Shown piece after piece: positions 7,427 to 14,795 of a stretch of 14,795 nucleotides of DNA. The number at the start of each line of letters is the position of its first letter. Within the stretch, counting starts at the first letter, position 1. Source of the DNA: Promethearchaeota archaeon (GTDB lineage Archaea > Asgardarchaeota > Thorarchaeia > Thorarchaeales > Thorarchaeaceae); the NCBI GenBank assembly GCA_048939765.1, contig JBHLPF010000011.1, forward strand, positions 1 to 14,795, read 5' to 3'. A program made the position numbers and the translations under genes. Under the pieces are notes generated by a model, which was not told the DNA's origin, made no database searches, and saw nothing but the letters and a program-made list of their open reading frames with translations.

Positions 7427-8581
7427 ATGCAAACCAAACCTAATTACACTGGTCGGGGAATCACGAACCTGATGAGCTCTATTGCATCAGCCGTTGGGAC
7501 AGAGAGCCCATATCCTGAGCTAGCGGAAACATGGCTATCGGGAATAGAAGAATTTGGGAATATAGTTCTGATGGCAGTTGATGGTTTGGGGTACGACTAC
7601 CTGAAGAAGCATGGAAGAGGCACGTTACTTGCATCATCAATGAAAGGTTCGCTCACTTCGGTGTTTCCACCATCGACGGGTTCTGCGATAACGACCTTCA
7701 TCACAGGATTGCCGCCGCAACAGCACGCTGTGACGGGATGGCATGTTTTTCTGAAAGAATACGGAATAATGTCACGTATTCTGCCCTTCACCAGCGTTGT
7801 AGACTGGAATGTGATAGGCACAGACATTGCCAATGTGGTCAATGTTGAATCACTCTTCTGGGAGATAGAGCGTGAGCGCATTGTGGTAGCAGGAAAACAG
7901 ATTGTCGACTCGACTTTCTCCCTATACACAATAGGCCCGTCAGCAAAGAGAGTCGGATACGAAGGACTTCAGAACTTCTTTGAGAGTGTCGAGGAGGCAA
8001 TTTCGTCAGATGAAAATGCGAGCTATATCTACTCATATTGGCCAGAGCTCGACTCAATCGCTCACATTCTTGGGATAGAGAGCGCTGATGCACGTGAACA
8101 TCTGAAATCCTTTGACCAAGCTCTCATGGAATTCGTTGAAAGAATTGAAGGAACTGATACTGCACTCATTATCACGAGCGATCATGGCTTGCATGATGTA
8201 GAGCCCGAGGGTCTTATCAAGACTGGTGATCACCCTGACCTGATGGAGTCCCTTACACTCCCCCTATGTGGTGATACTCGGTCTGCTTACTGTTATGTGA
8301 GACCTTCAAGAATCAGAGAATTCGAAGAGTATATCGAATCTGCGCTAAGTCATGCCTGCTCTGTCCACAAGAGTGAGGATTTGGTCAACGACAATTGGTT
8401 TGGCCTCTACGAGGAAAATCCAAGGCTATCTGGTCGAGTCGGAGATTATACGTTGATCTTTAACGATGGGTATGCGGTTCTAAATAGCTTCCCAGGACAA
8501 GAACCTCCATCGCTTATAGGACATCATGGAGGCACATCCAGTGAGGAGATGAATGTTCCACTCATACTTATCACCTGTTGA
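7427..8581 (+). CDS. alkaline phosphatase superfamily protein (type I phosphodiesterase / nucleotide pyrophosphatase)
   Basis: VDGLGY, TSVFPPST...ITG.PP.QH, YWPELDSIAH, ITSDHG and GHHGG.S.EEM.VP metal-binding and nucleophile motifs. Start trimmed to MQTKPNY. Confidence 0.92.
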   Translation: MQTKPNYTGRGITNLMSSIASAVGTESPYPELAETWLSGIEEFGNIVLMAVDGLGYDYLKKHGRGTLLASSMKGSLTSVFPPSTGSAITTFITGLPPQQHAVTGWHVFLKEYGIMSRILPFTSVVDWNVIGTDIANVVNVESLFWEIERERIVVAGKQIVDSTFSLYTIGPSAKRVGYEGLQNFFESVEEAISSDENASYIYSYWPELDSIAHILGIESADAREHLKSFDQALMEFVERIEGTDTALIITSDHGLHDVEPEGLIKTGDHPDLMESLTLPLCGDTRSAYCYVRPSRIREFEEYIESALSHACSVHKSEDLVNDNWFGLYEENPRLSGRVGDYTLIFNDGYAVLNSFPGQEPPSLIGHHGGTSSEEMNVPLILITC

Positions 8582-8782
8582 TTCTCTTTTTGTAGGTGCT
8601 TATAAGGGTCCCAAAGGACGGATATTTGATGTGATGAGCCCGATGTCATGGGGTTGTAGGCTGTCCCTTGTTGACATCGGGACTCTCCTCCTAATTCTCT
8701 GACACTTGCTCACTAGCTTGAATTGTAATGCGTATTCCTCTCCTGACAGGAAATTCGCCGCCAGCGGGCTTGGAGCGTCACC

Positions 8783-9676
8783 CTATGAGAAGACCTGCAT
8801 CTCTTTCGCAGTGCCCATGTTCTTCTTGACTATATCGAGCTCAGAATCCAGTTCCAGGGCTTTTTGATAGCACTCAACAGCCCGTTTTACATCTCCCTTC
8901 TCTCTTAGAGCAACTCCAAGATTATTCCATCCGCGCGGATCATTAGGCAACAGTTCAGTATACTTCTCAAGTATTGGTATCGCTTCTATCCATTTGTCAA
9001 GAAACCAAAGGGTAGTTCCATATCTGAACAGAATGTCGGGCTGCTTCCTCTTCACTGAAAGACTTGACTCGTAGAACTCAGCTGCTCTCTCGTAATTTTG
9101 GGCATCATAGCAGAGATTTCCAACTGTGTTTATTGAACTGAGAGCTCTAGGATTCAAGTCTATGGCGGCGTTAAGGCTCGTACATGCAGCATTGTATCGA
9201 CCAAGTTGGGCCTGGCACATTCCTAGCATTTCCCATACTTCATAGAGGCCAGAATGCATTTCTAGGATATAGGAGGTGACAGTGAGCACGCTTTGGCAGT
9301 CATTAGCTTGGACGGCAGCCTTAGCCATTGCCAAGAGTGTATCCAGCTCAGTCCCTCCTAGTTCAAGATATTTGGTGAGGGTTACTACTGCTTCCTCATA
9401 CATTTCTTCAGAGTATTGAAGCATCCCCGCATTTTCAATCGGTTCAGTCCATTCCGGATCGATTTCCATGGCCTTGATGAAGCACTCCAATGCTTCTGCA
9501 GACTTCTCAGCATCTTGATAGACTAATCCCAAACGGTTCCATGCCAGCACAAATGATTCGTCCATCTCAATAGCTGCCTTGAGGGATTCTATTGCTGCGT
9601 TGAACTCTCCAAACCTCTGAAAATGCTCACCACGACGATATAGGGACATTGCTTCGTCAGATGGGGCATTTGGCAT
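8783..9676 (-). CDS. tetratricopeptide repeat protein
   Basis: Multiple 34-aa TPRs (AWNRLGLVY...ALECFIKAMEIDPE; GWNNLGVAL...AVECYQKALELD). ATG 9676 is preferred over TTG 9703. Confidence 0.92.
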   Translation of the reverse strand: MPNAPSDEAMSLYRRGEHFQRFGEFNAAIESLKAAIEMDESFVLAWNRLGLVYQDAEKSAEALECFIKAMEIDPEWTEPIENAGMLQYSEEMYEEAVVTLTKYLELGGTELDTLLAMAKAAVQANDCQSVLTVTSYILEMHSGLYEVWEMLGMCQAQLGRYNAACTSLNAAIDLNPRALSSINTVGNLCYDAQNYERAAEFYESSLSVKRKQPDILFRYGTTLWFLDKWIEAIPILEKYTELLPNDPRGWNNLGVALREKGDVKRAVECYQKALELDSELDIVKKNMGTAKEMQVFS

Positions 9677-9852
9677 TGTAGACCGCTTCCATGAGATACT
9701 CAATTATGAATTATTCCTTGGAAGACATGAGGCTCGGTGTCTTTTGAATCCTTATCGGTCATACTGTGATATTGTATGAGAAGACAAAGGAGGCAATCGT
9801 CCATACGTCTACGACAATGTGGACTTCCCCCCCGCAGCCAGATTGAACGCGT

Positions 9853-9966
9853 TTAGGATTGTGCCATATAGTACCTCCAGAACGTTTCCAATTCTGATAC
9901 ATCTATGCCATGTCGTTGCGTTTCATTCTTCTTTTTGGAGGCATCCTTCTTGGAAACTAGATTCAT
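9853..9966 (-). CDS. putative small protein (37 aa; 39 aa from TTG 9972), not in the ORF track
   Basis: MNLVSKKDASKKKNETQRHGIDVSELETFWRYYMAQS*. Strong GAGGAGGT RBS at 9988-9981, 8 nt before the in-frame TTG 9972. Confidence 0.5.
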   Translation of the reverse strand: MNLVSKKDASKKKNETQRHGIDVSELETFWRYYMAQS

Positions 9967-10127
9967 GCACAATTTAGCTGACCTCCTCGACCTGACTATC
10001 GTGCTAGTTGATAGAAGTCATCCCTAGTGACCTGAGCCTCTGCAGAAGCAGCATTATGCCTTTCCGGCTACGCCATGTGAAAATGCACATAAGCGCCGCG
10101 ATGACTATGAAAGAGCGGAGAGGACCG

Positions 10128-10595
10128 ATGACAAAGACGATCATTATCTATGAAAGCATTTATGGAAACACGAAGAAGGTGGCTGATGCAATAGCGGAGG
10201 GCATTAGAGAGTCAGGTGCGATTGATTGCACTGTTGTCAAGACGGGAGAGGTGCATCATACTGATGACCTAGCCAAATTTGATGCCATTCTCTTCGGTAG
10301 CCCCAACCATAATCAGGAACCATCACGTAACATGCTGAAGTTCATTGAACGGGCGAGTATTGTGGACCTCGATACCAAAATGGGTGCGGCATTTGATACC
10401 TACACTGGTGGAAATAAGGGAATTGCCGTGAAAAAACTGGAACAGGTAATTCGCCAAAAACTGTCTTGTATCACATTTGTCATTGATAGCTTTTCAGCTC
10501 AGGTGGAGGACAGAAAGGGTCCTTTGGTTGAAGGAGAGATTGATAGGGCTATTGAATATGGGAAACAGGTGGCCGCCAGAGTTCTAGGCAAGTGA
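10128..10595 (+). CDS. flavodoxin family protein
   Basis: FMN-binding loop IIYESIYGNTKKVA, DAILFGSP and GAAFDTY. GGAGAGG RBS before ATG 10128. Confidence 0.9.
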   Translation: MTKTIIIYESIYGNTKKVADAIAEGIRESGAIDCTVVKTGEVHHTDDLAKFDAILFGSPNHNQEPSRNMLKFIERASIVDLDTKMGAAFDTYTGGNKGIAVKKLEQVIRQKLSCITFVIDSFSAQVEDRKGPLVEGEIDRAIEYGKQVAARVLGK

Positions 10596-10610
10596 TGGAG
10601 AACAAGTCTA

Positions 10611-11804
10611 TTATCCAATCTCATATCGATCAGGGGCATTCGATAAGGAGCGATTGCCAGAGCTTGTAATGGCGTATGTGTCCTCGATCCCCAAGACTTT
10701 GCGACCAGGTGTAATGATTTTTGGCTCACAAGCAAGTACATTGCCCTGCTCCAAGTCAGGACCTTTCGAGTAGAATACGGGCAACTCATCCAACTCAAGC
10801 CCGACTCCATGTCCAATGAATGATACTTTGTTATCATCTATGCCCATGAAATTGTCTTGAATACCGAGCTCGATGCTGAGTTCAATCACTTCGCCATAGA
10901 GAGTTCCTAGATTGACTCCCGGTCTCATCTTTTTGAGAAGGAGGCTTTTCACCTCCGACAGGCTATCAAGCTTGGCGCTTAGATCATCATCGAACTTGCC
11001 GCATATGAAGGTGCGAGTCGTATCAGAATGGTATCCTCTCATATTTCCGCATGAGTCAACGAGAAATGGCTGATTTCTACCAAGCTTCTGACGTGTTGGT
11101 CCCAGCGGATATTTCAACGACAGACCAACTCCAGACACAGGAGTGAAAAAGGTGTTCAATGTAGAACCCCTACTTGATACAACATAGGAATAGATCAGCA
11201 TTTCAGATGTGAAAGACCGCGTTGTGATGAAGCCAGCATGTCCATTCTCCACCATATAGGCATCTAGACGCATTGATAATGCAATCTCGGTCATTTCAGG
11301 AGTAGCTATCTCCGTACAGTACTCGTAAGATTGGTCGACGATTTTTGCGGCTGCTTCAATCAGTTCAATCTCGTAGTCTGTCTTCCTTGAACGCAGCATT
11401 CTCAGCAATTCACTACCATCAGAGAGCGTGATCCCATCCGCCTTTGATTGAAGAAATCTCATCAAAGAATAGGGTACAACATCTGCCTCCATCCCTATTG
11501 TGGCACCAGATGGTACACCGAGTGTCTGGAATAACTGCGACATGCGTCCCATTGGCTTGATTTCGGGTATCAACGAGTATGACTTGACCAAGTCCAAGTT
11601 ACGCTCAACCAAACGGATTGGCTCACCCTCAACTGGTATGTAGACGGCACCACCAGTTCCAATTCCTGAGTAGTAGTATAATTCAACGGTAGTCATCAAG
11701 AACGCGCCATCAAGCTCAGCACTCCTGAGATGGTCCTTGAGTCTGGATATACGACCATCTACCTCCTCTTGTGGAAGTCTGGAATACACCTCTGACATAG
11801 CCAT
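10611..11804 (-). CDS. Xaa-Pro peptidase family (M24B) protein with creatinase-N domain
   Basis: Metal ligands in VDSCG...GYHSDTTRT, GHGVGLELDE, EPK and GIEDT. LRSRKTDYEI linker. Confidence 0.92.
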   Translation of the reverse strand: MAMSEVYSRLPQEEVDGRISRLKDHLRSAELDGAFLMTTVELYYYSGIGTGGAVYIPVEGEPIRLVERNLDLVKSYSLIPEIKPMGRMSQLFQTLGVPSGATIGMEADVVPYSLMRFLQSKADGITLSDGSELLRMLRSRKTDYEIELIEAAAKIVDQSYEYCTEIATPEMTEIALSMRLDAYMVENGHAGFITTRSFTSEMLIYSYVVSSRGSTLNTFFTPVSGVGLSLKYPLGPTRQKLGRNQPFLVDSCGNMRGYHSDTTRTFICGKFDDDLSAKLDSLSEVKSLLLKKMRPGVNLGTLYGEVIELSIELGIQDNFMGIDDNKVSFIGHGVGLELDELPVFYSKGPDLEQGNVLACEPKIITPGRKVLGIEDTYAITSSGNRSLSNAPDRYEIG

Positions 11805-11859
11805 CAGTCATTCATAGCACAATATGACTCCTCCGCCAGTGACCCAATAGAAGAAGAAA

Positions 11860-11945
11860 GGGACTTAATAGGGCAATCAAGGCAAGATTATGAGGATAAT
11901 AGATAACCGTATAATATATTAAGGTATACTATGTAATAATATCTG
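11860..11945. promoter_or_regulatory. AT-rich divergent promoter region between the M24 peptidase and thioredoxin-like genes
   Basis: TATATTAAG (11915-11923, +) and CTATTAAG (about 11871-11864, -), with the palindrome TAATATATTA at 11912-11921. Confidence 0.45.
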
Positions 11946-11973
11946 AGTGTGTTGTTAGAAAGGGGCCGAGCCA

Positions 11974-12321
11974 ATGACGGATGTCATACCTACCACTAGG
12001 AACTCCATAAAGCCCTCGTGCGGGCGTTGCGGATGCATTATAGTCTATACAGGGAAATTATGCTTGTTTTGCGATGCTGCAAAGGAGATTATTGAAGAAG
12101 CAATCAATAATTATGGTGTTTCTGATGACGTAATCTGTCAGATTGATGTCGACTCGGGTGAAGAAGAAGGGTGCGGTTGCGAGGATGTAGTGACAAGCCT
12201 GCCTACCATCCGAATCTGCGAAATTGTCCTAGAGGGCCTTCCAGACGAGGGCCAAGTAACAGATGCTGTTCTTCGCGCACTCATGATGGACTGCTTCTGT
12301 GACAGCCCAGCTTTGGTTTGA
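11974..12321 (+). CDS. cysteine-rich thioredoxin/glutaredoxin-fold protein
   Basis: IIVYTGKL-CLFC-DAAK active-site context, IDVD, cis-Pro motif SLPTIRI and EGLP. 11 Cys in 115 aa. Confidence 0.82.
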   Translation: MTDVIPTTRNSIKPSCGRCGCIIVYTGKLCLFCDAAKEIIEEAINNYGVSDDVICQIDVDSGEEEGCGCEDVVTSLPTIRICEIVLEGLPDEGQVTDAVLRALMMDCFCDSPALV

Positions 12322-12337
12322 ACAATTTCTTGAATCG

Positions 12338-12796
12338 TTAGGTCAATCCCTGTAGAGGATTTTCTGCATGAGCTTTGATGTTGTCTTCTTGTCCTTTGGT
12401 TTCAACAGCACACGGGCGACTCTTCCGTACAGATTCGATTGCATCAAGACCATTCGTCTGACCATAGAGATAGATCTCGGCGATGGCAAGCATTGTGCCT
12501 GTTCTACCACAGCCAGCAAGACAATGAACTAGCACCGGTTTCTTTTGGTGTAGGGCGGTCTTCACAATGTTCACGAACTCCCTCACGTTCGGCTCTGAGG
12601 GAATGTCAAAGTCTGGAATTGATATCTGATGATGCTCTAAGTCAAACTCCGAGAAGTCTGGAAATCCAAACCTTGATTCCAGCGAAATGACCACTCTGAT
12701 GCCCGCATCAACGATTTGCTGAAGATCATTGATGGTTTCAGGTAGTGACGCCCCCCACAGCTCACCTGGCCTATGTTCGAATAGCTGAAACAACAA
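12338..12796 (-). CDS. dual-specificity / protein-tyrosine phosphatase family protein
   Basis: CX5R signature VHCLAGCGRTG, general-acid loop IPDFDIP and C-terminal VRKSRPCAVETKGQ. TTG start with AAGGT RBS. Confidence 0.92.
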   Translation of the reverse strand: MLFQLFEHRPGELWGASLPETINDLQQIVDAGIRVVISLESRFGFPDFSEFDLEHHQISIPDFDIPSEPNVREFVNIVKTALHQKKPVLVHCLAGCGRTGTMLAIAEIYLYGQTNGLDAIESVRKSRPCAVETKGQEDNIKAHAENPLQGLT

Positions 12797-12820
12797 TTGG
12801 CATGACCTTTGACGGGCAAT

Positions 12821-13276
12821 TCAGAGATCGACTCTAATAGTCTCCCATTTGACTCTGCCTGCTTCCACAGCCTCTTTGATCTTGCGTTCGGTTCGGTTCA
12901 GCTTCGCGTCACCCGTCTTGATGTCAGCTAGAACTACCGTGACGGGACGGTCGAATGAACTGTCCTTCACTTCGGTGTAGCCATCGAAAATCAGATAGTC
13001 AATGGGAGCGCCTATGAAACGTGCATCTGCAGGATTGTATCTAAAGACGTCACTCATCAATGGGACCATATGCTCTGCAATCTTCCCCTTGATGACGTAG
13101 CGACTTCTCTGTGCCGCATCTTTTCTAATGTCACCCTCCTGCTCAGCCCACGTCTTCTCAAACTCAGCAGTCACCATTTCTATTCTGTGTCTAAGACGCC
13201 AGTTCATGACTAGATATACAAGGACTGCAAAAAGCAGTCCAATCCCCAAACCGAGGAGCACATCTTCTAATGCCAT
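12821..13276 (-). CDS. Holliday junction resolvase-like PD-(D/E)xK endonuclease (Endonuc_Holl type) with N-terminal TM helix
   Basis: SRYVIKGKIAEHMVP, DARFIGAPIDYLIFDG, ADIKTG and ERKIKEAVEAGRVKWE. Hydrophobic aa 6-24. Confidence 0.88.
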   Translation of the reverse strand: MALEDVLLGLGIGLLFAVLVYLVMNWRLRHRIEMVTAEFEKTWAEQEGDIRKDAAQRSRYVIKGKIAEHMVPLMSDVFRYNPADARFIGAPIDYLIFDGYTEVKDSSFDRPVTVVLADIKTGDAKLNRTERKIKEAVEAGRVKWETIRVDL

Positions 13277-13477
13277 AGAAATCTATTCATTCTATAGGAT
13301 ATATGCGCGGGTAATCGCTGGGTATTGCGTCATGGAAACCAATAGACTGAATTGGCCTGACCGGATCCATCATATGAAGGATGGAAGTAATGGCTCACCA
13401 GGCTGAAGCTGTAACTCCACACTATCGAGGCGGGAAATTCATTAAGTGCTAGCTCAGATTCAGAGAAGCTGAGAGCG

Positions 13478-14515
13478 ATGACGAAACGACTGTTCGATAC
13501 GCTCAAGACATTGAGCGAAACCCCAGGACCTGTCGGGCGAGAGGGCCTAGTTCAGGAGAAGGTCAAGAAACACCTGATGAACCTAGGATTACAGGTTTCA
13601 CAGGACAGAATTGGGAATCTCACAGCAACAATGGCAGGGACCAATAGACACTATGCTTTGGTTGCGCATGCCGATGAAGTGGGTTTCCTGGTAAGCAACA
13701 TCGACTCCTCTGGATTCATTCGTGTCAAGTGGAACACAACAGGATACATGCCTGATCTAAGACTATTACCCGGTCAACATGTAGTGCTAATGACCGACGA
13801 TGCAATGGTCCCAGGAGTTTTCTGCGTAAAGACTGCGCATATTGCAGGTCCAGAAGGCAAGAATAAGCTACCAGAATACAATGAGATATTCTTGGACATC
13901 GGTGCCGCCTCAGCTGAAGAAGTAGGAGAGAGGGGAGTACACATCGGTACGCCTGTGCTCTACGACACCATACTGAGGCAGAACGGTCGCAATGTCGTTG
14001 GTAAGTCAATGGATGACAGAGTGGGCCTCACAATGATGATGGCAATAGCAGAGGAGTTTTCTAGGATTCCAGAAAACGACCGCCCTACATTGACATTCGT
14101 CTCCACTGTCATGGAAGAGCTGGGAGCCAAGGGGGCTGCATCTGTTGCTAGGGAATTGGATGTGGAGGGAGTGATCATTCTTGAAATTGGACTGGCCGAC
14201 GACTTTCCGGGAACAGACGGGGAGGCAGGTGTGGCTCTTGGAAAAGGCCCCGTGGTTGTTGTCAAGGATACGCAGCTGCATTATTCTCAAGAGATGATTG
14301 AGAAATTCATTGAAACAGCAGCGAAGAAGGAAATTCCTGTTCAGCGAGCGGTATATCACAACTACGCTACAGACGGGCTTCAGATGGTAATGCAAGGACT
14401 GCTGGTTTCAACTCTGGCCATACCTTGCAGATATTCGCATAGTAGCTTTGAGACTCTGAATCTTACAGACGTGGAGAATGCGATTATGCTTCTCATGGAG
14501 TTTCTGAATGAATAG
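13478..14515 (+). CDS. M42 family (TET-like) metallo-aminopeptidase
   Basis: PGPVGRE, AHADEVG, KSMDDRVG, VMEELGAKGA, LGKGP, TDG and IPCRYSHS. TTCATTAAG TATA-like box at 13438-13446. Confidence 0.93.
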   Translation: MTKRLFDTLKTLSETPGPVGREGLVQEKVKKHLMNLGLQVSQDRIGNLTATMAGTNRHYALVAHADEVGFLVSNIDSSGFIRVKWNTTGYMPDLRLLPGQHVVLMTDDAMVPGVFCVKTAHIAGPEGKNKLPEYNEIFLDIGAASAEEVGERGVHIGTPVLYDTILRQNGRNVVGKSMDDRVGLTMMMAIAEEFSRIPENDRPTLTFVSTVMEELGAKGAASVARELDVEGVIILEIGLADDFPGTDGEAGVALGKGPVVVVKDTQLHYSQEMIEKFIETAAKKEIPVQRAVYHNYATDGLQMVMQGLLVSTLAIPCRYSHSSFETLNLTDVENAIMLLMEFLNE

Positions 14516-14520
14516 ATGGG

Positions 14521-14795
14521 TCATTCGTCCTCCATTACAGTTGGAACCACGACGACATTCATCTTATCTCGTGAAATGATTGTGACACTTTTTCCAACCT
14601 CAATTCTTCCCACATCACATCGAGCTTCCCAAATCTCGGCACCGACTTTTATCTTGCCAGCGCTGATGGTAACTTCTTCAATGACTCTACCTCGCAAGCC
14701 TTCAAGTTCATAGAATGAGTATGAGCTTTCTAGTAGGCTTGGATATACTAGGTAGTACTTGGCAATGACAAAAACAGCAGCTCCAATTATCAGCA
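14521..14795 (-). CDS. NfeD-family protein, 3' part (5' end outside the window)
   Basis: Manual translation from 14793 gives LIIGAAVFVIAKYYLVYPSLLESSYSFYELEGLRGRVIEEVTISAGKIKVGAEIWEARCDVGRIEVGKSVTIISRDKMNVVVVPTVMEDE*. This is a TM helix followed by the NfeD OB-fold pattern G..G.V...G.IKV.GE.W.A. Confidence 0.85.
   Translation of the reverse strand, partial: LIIGAAVFVIAKYYLVYPSLLESSYSFYELEGLRGRVIEEVTISAGKIKVGAEIWEARCDVGRIEVGKSVTIISRDKMNVVVVPTVMEDE

Noticed and set aside
7307-7432. Apparent overlap of the divergent membrane-protein and phosphodiesterase ORFs, and a similar N-terminal extension of flavodoxin (10008-10127)
   Set aside because: These are artefacts of longest-ORF calling. Downstream ATGs (7327, 7427, 10128) match family N-termini or have RBS motifs.
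7427-8581. Possibility that the AlkP-superfamily gene is a sulfatase linked to the sulfotransferases, or a BREX PglZ
   Set aside because: It lacks the C/S-x-P-x-R formylglycine motif and has NPP-type motifs. No other BREX genes are nearby.
8650-8667. GGGGTTGTAG resembles a tRNA 5' end
   Set aside because: No D-arm, anticodon arm or TTCRA T-loop follows.
9815-9840. GGGGGAAGTCCAC on the - strand, reminiscent of the RNase P RNA 5' conserved region
   Set aside because: The match is imperfect, there is no complementary 3' P4 motif, and there is too little room before the TPR gene.
12797-12823. The TGA stop of the resolvase-like gene is in frame with the phosphatase ORF (8 sense codons between), suggesting Sec or readthrough fusion
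   Set aside because: There is a one-in-three chance of being in frame. The nuclease ends at its normal family C-terminus, the phosphatase has its own RBS and TTG, and no SECIS-like element was seen.
24-14713. Many antisense or nested ORFs in the track (e.g. 24-479, 833-1021, 3173-3538, 7597-7929, 13960-14265, 14006-14395, 14516-14713)
   Set aside because: They are shadow frames of well-supported genes on the opposite strand or in another frame, with no motifs of their own.

Overview
Gene-dense archaeal-looking window. TATA-like boxes, GGAGG/GGTGA ribosome-binding sites, TET/M42 and Endonuc_Holl genes and a short IDLSPL-type LRR protein suggest an Asgard archaeon, possibly Thorarchaeota; this is inference only. 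It holds about 16 protein genes. In order: an orphan ORF; an Asp-rich membrane-anchored surface protein; a PAPS-dependent sulfotransferase followed by an SCP2-fused, doubly membrane-anchored aryl-sulfate sulfotransferase; an LRR protein; msrA; a 4-TM protein; an alkaline-phosphatase-superfamily (NPP-type) enzyme; a TPR protein; flavodoxin; an M24 peptidase; a Cys-rich thioredoxin-fold protein; a dual-specificity phosphatase; a Holliday-junction-resolvase-like nuclease; an M42 aminopeptidase; and the 3' part of an NfeD-like gene. The best candidate for a new system is the sulfotransferase pair, a possible trans-membrane sulfuryl relay for cell-surface or lipid sulfation, next to the acidic surface protein. 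Three intergenic regions carry unexplained signals: a structured-RNA candidate (~5445-5610), a TATA-preceded hairpin with C/D-like boxes (~8600-8702) and an unannotated 37-aa ORF with a strong RBS (9853-9966). No rRNA, tRNA, CRISPR array or mobile element was recognised.
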